Assembly: GCF_018977255.1 (NCBI RefSeq)
Contig: NW_024704743.1
Coordinates: 28,274,001-28,338,000, forward strand
From: Callorhinchus milii
Taxonomy: Eukaryota
Length of the DNA stretch: 64,000 nucleotides
Reading direction: 5' to 3'
Shown here: positions 60,201 to 64,000 of the stretch, in pieces
How positions within the stretch are numbered: the first letter of the stretch is position 1
Layout: each line of letters opens with the position of its first letter
Notes under the pieces: model-generated
What the model was told of the DNA's origin: nothing
The model's database searches: none
Seen by the model: the letters and a program-made list of their open reading frames with translations, nothing else
Position numbers and translations under genes: made by a program

Positions 60201-62843
60201 CATTTCGTTTAGGAATAAATCGGAGTGCATAAGATGGAATTGCGGTTTTCTGCCGTTGCTTCCTCGCCCACTCTTCCTTAGATAACGGTTGCAGTTGCGC
60301 CTTTGCGAGATGATTCCTGCAAGAATAAATAAATGAATACATTAACTGTAGTTAAATTCTTCAGTTAAGTTCTTTAGGACCACTTACTATCTTGTCATTG
60401 ACTGTTACGTGTTGCTAGAGGGAGAGGTATACTGCTACCATGTGTTACAGCAGTAAGAAAGTTGATGAATAATTTGTGCAGGACTTAGGGTACTTACAAC
60501 AACAAGATTACATTTGTATAGCACCTTTCACGGCGGGAGGACATCACAAGGCGCTGGGACGTACTCTATACGTACTTTTGTACTCTATATATGCATAGAA
60601 TACAAAATAAAAAACAAAATCCTCACTCCTCAAATCTTTCACCAACAATACAATGCTCAGCAATATGCACATTTGCTTATATGGGTCCTAGAAGTCCACA
60701 AGAAAGGACTTTCAACCCAAAATACCCCTTGTGTTTAAATATGATTTGAAACGATTGTTAAAACCGATCGTGAGTGCATAAAACCGCAGCTTGCAAACCA
60801 GGAGCTCGCTTGCCCGAATCCATGCAGAGTTTGTTAGGCTCAGCCAGGGTTGTGTGGGGCCTTCCTAGGATAAGGGAGAGTTGGGTTTCCTTATCTGCAG
60901 CTTCTACTGCTACTAATAATAATACTTGCATCTGATATAGCACCTCATCACATTGATGAGACAACTGAAAGCGCTTCACAGAATATATTGTAAAGTCAAT
61001 GGACTATATATGTTGTGGGCGAAACACAGCCCCCAACTGCGCACAGCAGTGTCCCACAAACAGTCGTGGATTGAGTGACCAAATTATTATTATGTTACTG
61101 GTTGTAGACGAGGGGAGTTCAGGTTCGGCTGCAACATTCTCTACAAGTTGAGTGGCCTGCCGACACTCACTGCCAAGGCTCACACATGAACATGTACCGG
61201 AGGACAGCCAGTGTCTGTGTCACTGCACCCCACACAGGTGGCCCAACAAGGAGCAGAGGCAGACCCAGTTGGGAGAAAAATTAAGAGAAAAAAAAATTGA
61301 ATTCACTAAACTTTTGAGACAAAAAGAAAACTCCCTCTTTTGGCAATTCATCGGTGTCAGGGTAGCAGTAAGAGAGCCGTAACTGTATCGGGCAGAGAGT
61401 GGGGAAGGTTTAGGCTGGATTCCTTCCTGTTCCTGATCTCGATGGGGTAACCCCTGTCGACACTCACTGCCAAGGCTCACACATGAACACGTACCGGAGG
61501 ACAGCCAGTGTGCCCGTGTGTCAATGTTAGGATTGGGCTCGGATGCAATGGACTCAACCGTGGAACCCATTGAAACTCATACTCCAGACTCCCTTGTGAA
61601 GAACGACCCTTGAGGAAATGTATCAAGAGGATGTGAAGAACTGCTCTTATTCAGAGCAACACATTCATTGCTCTGTGGAGGATTCCCCCCCCCCCCCCCC
61701 CCCACATTAAAAATAAAGATAATAGCCACGCAGGAGTGAGGCAAAAGGAAACAAAAGCTTAGCAGCTCCAGGGTCTTACTTTGGTCCAGAGGAAAGTCAC
61801 CACATAATAACCACGGAACTTATGTAGCAAGTGGAGCAAAGTGGTACCTCTCAGCTCTGGAGCGTTTGATTATCTCTACAGCTCAGTGAGGCTCTCTTCT
61901 GGCCGAGGCTGGGTAAAGCAGGACTAGGTTGCTTCATAAGAAAAGATGGATTAAGTCCTTAACTTTTTTAAAAAAAAATTCCCCCGTAGAGCTTGTAGAA
62001 TTGTCCTTATTATGTATTCTGCTCTTTCAAGATCTGCCTCAAGATCTTCTGCATTGAACGCACCTTTGGTCACCTCCAACCCCTTCCCCCACATACCACC
62101 CTTGGTTTCCCCCCATCTTGGGTACCAAGCCGGGACTGGCTCGCACTTTAGGATGTCCTCTTGACCTGAAAGAGGCCATATAAACGTAAATTTGTTGTTG
62201 TTGTACCAAATAATAGTAGCAGAAGACATGAGAATCACCTCAAAATGAGAAGATTTTGCTCCTGGCTGAGTTCACTTGCTCCAAATGCAGAAATTGTTAC
62301 TGTCTCTCTCTCTCTTACAAAGAGGCAACTGGAGATTCAATTCAGAGTTACGTCCTGAAACATTCAGAGCTGGGAAAACTGACCATTTTACAGAAGAGTT
62401 GCCTACAAGCAGAATTGCTGTGCGCAATTAGCTGCCGCGTTTCGTCCACAAAATATAGTCAATTCACTTTACAATATATTCTATGAAGCTCTTTGAGACG
62501 TCGAGAAGATGCGATGAAGGGTTATATCAAAAGGATTATTTTTATTATTAATATAATTAGGGCTCCCTGCTAGCGTTCTTTCAGGGGAGATCAAAACATA
62601 AGTTAAGTTAGCTAAGGTGTTTCTTTAAATACATCAACAGCCCTTACCGAATGCCAATCTTTTCTATCTTATTCCAGACACATTTTCTGTAGTAAAAAAG
62701 CATGTTTTTCATGAACATGGTCTCAGTGATGTAAAAAAAGGACTTGAGCAGATGTACAACGTAAGTGCCCATTAACCAAAGGAGGAACTTGGACAGGATT
62801 TCTTCACGTAACCGGTGTTCAGATGGTGAAACGGAGCATTGAC
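30153..62843 (-). CDS. TERT: Telomerase reverse transcriptase, exons 3-16 (exons 1-2 lie beyond the window end)
   Basis: 14 GT-AG exons (196,190,183,162,96,86,114,72,189,127,62,125,138,104 nt) give one open frame. T motif FFYITE, motifs 1/2 LRFIPK/LRPIV, motif [13 protein letters not shown]' [41 protein letters not shown]-terminus FDLILD*. Confidence 0.98.
30360..30545 (+). mobile_element. L2 3' fragment
   Basis: [20 protein letters not shown]. Confidence 0.8.
30983..31352 (-). mobile_element. Full-length family A SINE (long variant)
   Basis: Ends in gctacaggactcca on the + strand; anticodon position reads CGC. Confidence 0.87.
32598..32735 (-). CDS. TERT: TERT exon 15
   Basis: tttcag|GGATT...AACTT|gtaagt; [45 protein letters not shown]. 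Confidence 0.95.
33587..33711 (-). CDS. TERT: TERT exon 14
   Basis: tgtcag|ATTC...GAAG|gtgagt; [41 protein letters not shown]. Confidence 0.95.
33860..34298 (+). mobile_element. Near full-length family B (SacSINE1/DeuSINE-like) SINE
   Basis: cagtggtagcattctcgcctctgagtcagaaggttgtgggttcaag head, gagatgttaaacc, aaagatcccttggcactattt, Deu-like core, L2 tail. Confidence 0.85.
34990..35530 (+). mobile_element. CR1 LINE 3' end
   Basis: [39 protein letters not shown]. Confidence 0.9.
36300..36650 (+). mobile_element. L2 3' end
   Basis: [28 protein letters not shown]. Confidence 0.85.
37080..37230 (-). mobile_element. SINE 3' half
   Basis: aataatccttgcacttgatatagcgcc tail and partial Deu-like core. 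Confidence 0.75.
37328..37389 (-). CDS. TERT: TERT exon 13
   Basis: ctgcag|GTCAGT...ACAG|gtaggt; [21 protein letters not shown]. Confidence 0.95.
37690..38560 (-). mobile_element. Old divergent L2 LINE with a small nested tail insertion
   Basis: [25 protein letters not shown]. Confidence 0.7.
39127..39253 (-). CDS. TERT: TERT exon 12
   Basis: ttctag|TTAT...GGAG|gtaaga; [42 protein letters not shown]. Confidence 0.95.
39330..39940 (-). mobile_element. Old CR1 3' fragment interrupted by a Penelope-like piece
   Basis: VYKILNG and [11 protein letters not shown] on the minus strand. Confidence 0.55.
39650..39772 (+). mobile_element. Penelope-like terminal-repeat fragment
   Basis: Clearly homologous to 58007-58156 (ggtcatcgacctgaaacattaactcactttcctctctccatagat...). 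Confidence 0.55.
39955..40600 (-). mobile_element. L2 LINE with large internal deletions
   Basis: [14 protein letters not shown] plus a pre-RT segment ([10 protein letters not shown]). Confidence 0.8.
41905..42300 (+). mobile_element. Family B SINE
   Basis: ctaggctcagactcca, aaagatccaatggcactattcgaa, Deu-like core and tail. Confidence 0.75.
43546..43734 (-). CDS. TERT: TERT exon 11 (motifs D and E)
   Basis: atcaag|AATG...CCAG|gtaaga; [23 protein letters not shown]...[20 protein letters not shown]. Confidence 0.94.
43950..44295 (-). mobile_element. Family A SINE (long variant)
   Basis: Tail, Deu-like core, head. Confidence 0.85.
44510..44975 (+). mobile_element. L2 3' fragment
   Basis: [13 protein letters not shown]; aagggtgctatataaatgcaag tail. 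Confidence 0.8.
45450..45700 (-). mobile_element. L2 3' end
   Basis: [14 protein letters not shown]2 tail. Confidence 0.75.
46098..46169 (-). CDS. TERT: TERT exon 10 (motif C, catalytic DD)
   Basis: ttctag|GTTG...TGAG|gtacgg; [24 protein letters not shown]. Confidence 0.96.
46367..46480 (-). CDS. TERT: TERT exon 9 (motif B')
   Basis: tctcag|GTAC...ACGG|gtaggc; [38 protein letters not shown]. Confidence 0.96.
47953..48011. repeat. 22-bp tandem repeat, 2.7 copies
   Basis: Perfect copies of ccagccactctacatgacaaaa. Confidence 0.9.
48230..48515 (+). mobile_element. CR1 3' end
   Basis: ttcaagggagaactagacaaatac; gggccgaatggtcttcttctgtgc. Confidence 0.7.
48667..48752 (-). CDS. TERT: TERT exon 8
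   Basis: cttcag|GGTCTG...GATAA|gtaagc; [28 protein letters not shown]; 86 nt, phase fits both neighbours. Confidence 0.92.
48820..49225 (-). mobile_element. Family B SINE in TERT intron 7
   Basis: Reverse complement of the family B head (agagtgctacc), body and tail. Confidence 0.65.
49454..49549 (-). CDS. TERT: TERT exon 7
   Basis: actcag|GCTTTT...TCAG|gtaagt; [32 protein letters not shown]. Confidence 0.94.
50045..51160 (-). mobile_element. L2 LINE 3' ~1.1 kb, relatively young
   Basis: [36 protein letters not shown]. Confidence 0.92.
51495..52160 (+). mobile_element. L2 LINE 3' fragment
   Basis: [36 protein letters not shown]. Confidence 0.9.
52715..55072 (-). mobile_element. L2 LINE, ~2.35 kb, from the APE endonuclease C-terminus to the tail
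   Basis: [12 protein letters not shown]...DHHFI near 54965-55065, [19 protein letters not shown]; frameshifted. Confidence 0.92.
55141..55302 (-). CDS. TERT: TERT exon 6 (motif A)
   Basis: ttgcag|GCAGAT...ACAG|gtagca; [15 protein letters not shown]...YCIRRYA...RKSFKRQ. Confidence 0.95.
55410..55750 (-). mobile_element. L2 3' end
   Basis: (AAC)n then ttgcacttatatagcgcc tail. Confidence 0.8.
56400..57802 (+). mobile_element. Decayed L2 LINE
   Basis: [36 protein letters not shown]; tail. Confidence 0.9.
58007..58156. mobile_element. Short Penelope-like insertion with an inverted 5' segment, hammerhead-like core and 14-bp TSD
   Basis: aaggtcctattatg at 57993-58006 and 58157-58170; CTGACGA-a-gggtc-atg-gaccc-GAAAC at 58057-58082; the Penelope assignment is inference. 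Confidence 0.65.
58320..58720 (+). mobile_element. Family B SINE
   Basis: tggctcagttggtagg head, gagatgttaaactgag, Deu-like core. Confidence 0.75.
59060..59242 (-). CDS. TERT: TERT exon 5
   Basis: aaacag|ATTCAG...GAAG|gtgggt; [43 protein letters not shown]...YYFVK (not in the ORF track). Confidence 0.95.
60127..60316 (-). CDS. TERT: TERT exon 4 (motifs 1 and 2)
   Basis: ttgcag|GAAT...AAAG|gttggt; [12 protein letters not shown]...[16 protein letters not shown]...NARK. Confidence 0.94.
60915..61095 (-). mobile_element. Family A SINE 3' half
   Basis: Tail and Deu-like core. Confidence 0.8.
61161..61511. repeat. 54-bp direct repeat pair, 297 bp apart
   Basis: 61161-61214 vs 61458-61511, one mismatch. 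Confidence 0.85.
62410..62555 (+). mobile_element. SINE 3' half in TERT intron 3
   Basis: ttgctgtgcgcaattagctgccgcg...tail. Confidence 0.8.
62648..62843 (-). CDS. TERT: TERT exon 3 (T motif)
   Basis: ctccag|GTCAA...ATTCG|gtaagg; [65 protein letters not shown]. Confidence 0.96.
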
Positions 62844-62874
62844 CTGGAGGAGAAAGATTGAGAAAGAGAAAATA

Positions 62875-63060
62875 ATTACAATAATAATAATCCTTGCATT
62901 TGCTATAGTGCTTTTCACATCTTCTAGGCTTCTCAAAGCGCTTCACAGAATATGCTGTAAAGTGAATTGACCGTATATTTGTGGGCGAAACGCTGCAGCC
63001 AATTGCGCACAGCAGTGTCCCACAAACAGTCGTGGATTGAAAATGACCAATTTATTATTT
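62875..63060 (-). mobile_element. SINE 3' half in TERT intron 2, next to the exon 3 acceptor
   Basis: aataatccttgcatttg...cagccaattgcgcacagc. Confidence 0.85.
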
Positions 63061-64000
63061 TTTTTATAAAAGATAATCAGGCTCATATCCACCACAGGCA
63101 CACAAGGCAGTTCATCAGACACCAGCTAATCTGTCCTAAGGTGCACATATTTAAGGTGAGCATCTTCTTCATCAAGCAGGAGGGGGAAGATAAACATAAA
63201 TAAGTGCTATGTCGTCAACAGCAGCTAACTACAGAGCAGCCCAAATAGATGCTGCATGTATTCTCTGCATAGGATTGCAATTATCTTAAAATAAACCCTT
63301 TTTCATTTATTAAGAAGAAATAATTTTAATATGGCACAATTCTAAGCCTAAATAAAAATACCAGCTCCTTTGAAATAACATTAATAACAATTGCCTAAAA
63401 AATATACAGCCACCCAACAGTATATCCAGTCAAGTGTTTTGAGACGTCCACCCAATATGAAAGACGCCATACCAAATGCAAGGATTATTATAACATTTCT
63501 CAATTATTAGATTAAGTCTTTTAAATGGGATAATGTGTTATAGTACTAACCTCTGAGTGGGGGGGCGGGGAGGGTGAAGAGGGAAAGAGGTAACTGCGGT
63601 CTTTTGCAGACTTAGTTGACTCTAAGGTGGAACTCCTAGCAACAGAATAATGGAATCCTAAATCTACCAAGATTAGGTAAACAGGGTGTATCCCTTCAGG
63701 GAAGAAGGAGAGGTACTTCATACCAGACAGATACGTTCATTCATGTGTGGAACTCTCAGGCTGATTTGAATACTCGAAGGAAGTGTGCTGATGGGTTTCT
63801 AGCACATGTCAGCCACCAGATTGACCAAATAACAGATGAATAAATAACAGCATTAAACACTCCAGTTTGTATAAAAGCAATATATGGAGGAAGTTAGTGA
63901 GGATGAGGCTAGTCACTTGGAATTCTGTGCACTTTGGGCTTGAGACAATATGCCAACACATTATGCCACACTTAATTCACCAAGCTCACAATGCTGACTG

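Noticed and set aside
61161..61511. CRISPR-like array or LTR pair
   Set aside because: Only two units with a 243-bp spacer in a vertebrate intron; I saw no TG...CA ends, primer-binding site or TSD

Overview
Vertebrate genomic DNA; the repeat content points to a cartilaginous fish, possibly a chimaera (inference). Two intact, convergent multi-exon genes are present, both with 5' ends outside the window. (1) + strand: SLC6A18 (B0AT3-like Na+-dependent neutral amino-acid transporter), coding exons 2-12 at 7137-26366; 1676 nt splice into one uninterrupted frame with GT-AG junctions. (2) - strand: TERT (telomerase reverse transcriptase), exons 3-16 at 62843-30153; 1844 nt splice into one frame with motifs T, 1, 2, A, B', C, D and E intact. 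The tail-to-tail layout matches the human SLC6A18-TERT arrangement. Introns are packed with decayed L2 and CR1 LINE fragments, two tRNA-headed SINE families sharing a Deu-like domain and an L2-type tail, and a short Penelope-like insertion with a 14-bp target-site duplication and a hammerhead-like core. The most notable structures are inverted SINE pairs around TERT exons 3 and 11, opposite-orientation L2 copies in TERT intron 6, and long fold-back hairpins inside TE copies in SLC6A18 introns. I found no convincing new protein-coding system; the unusual signals are TE-derived RNA structure. Exon coordinates were read from splice sites. Repeat boundaries are approximate (tens of bp), and comparisons to human genes and repeat consensi are from memory.
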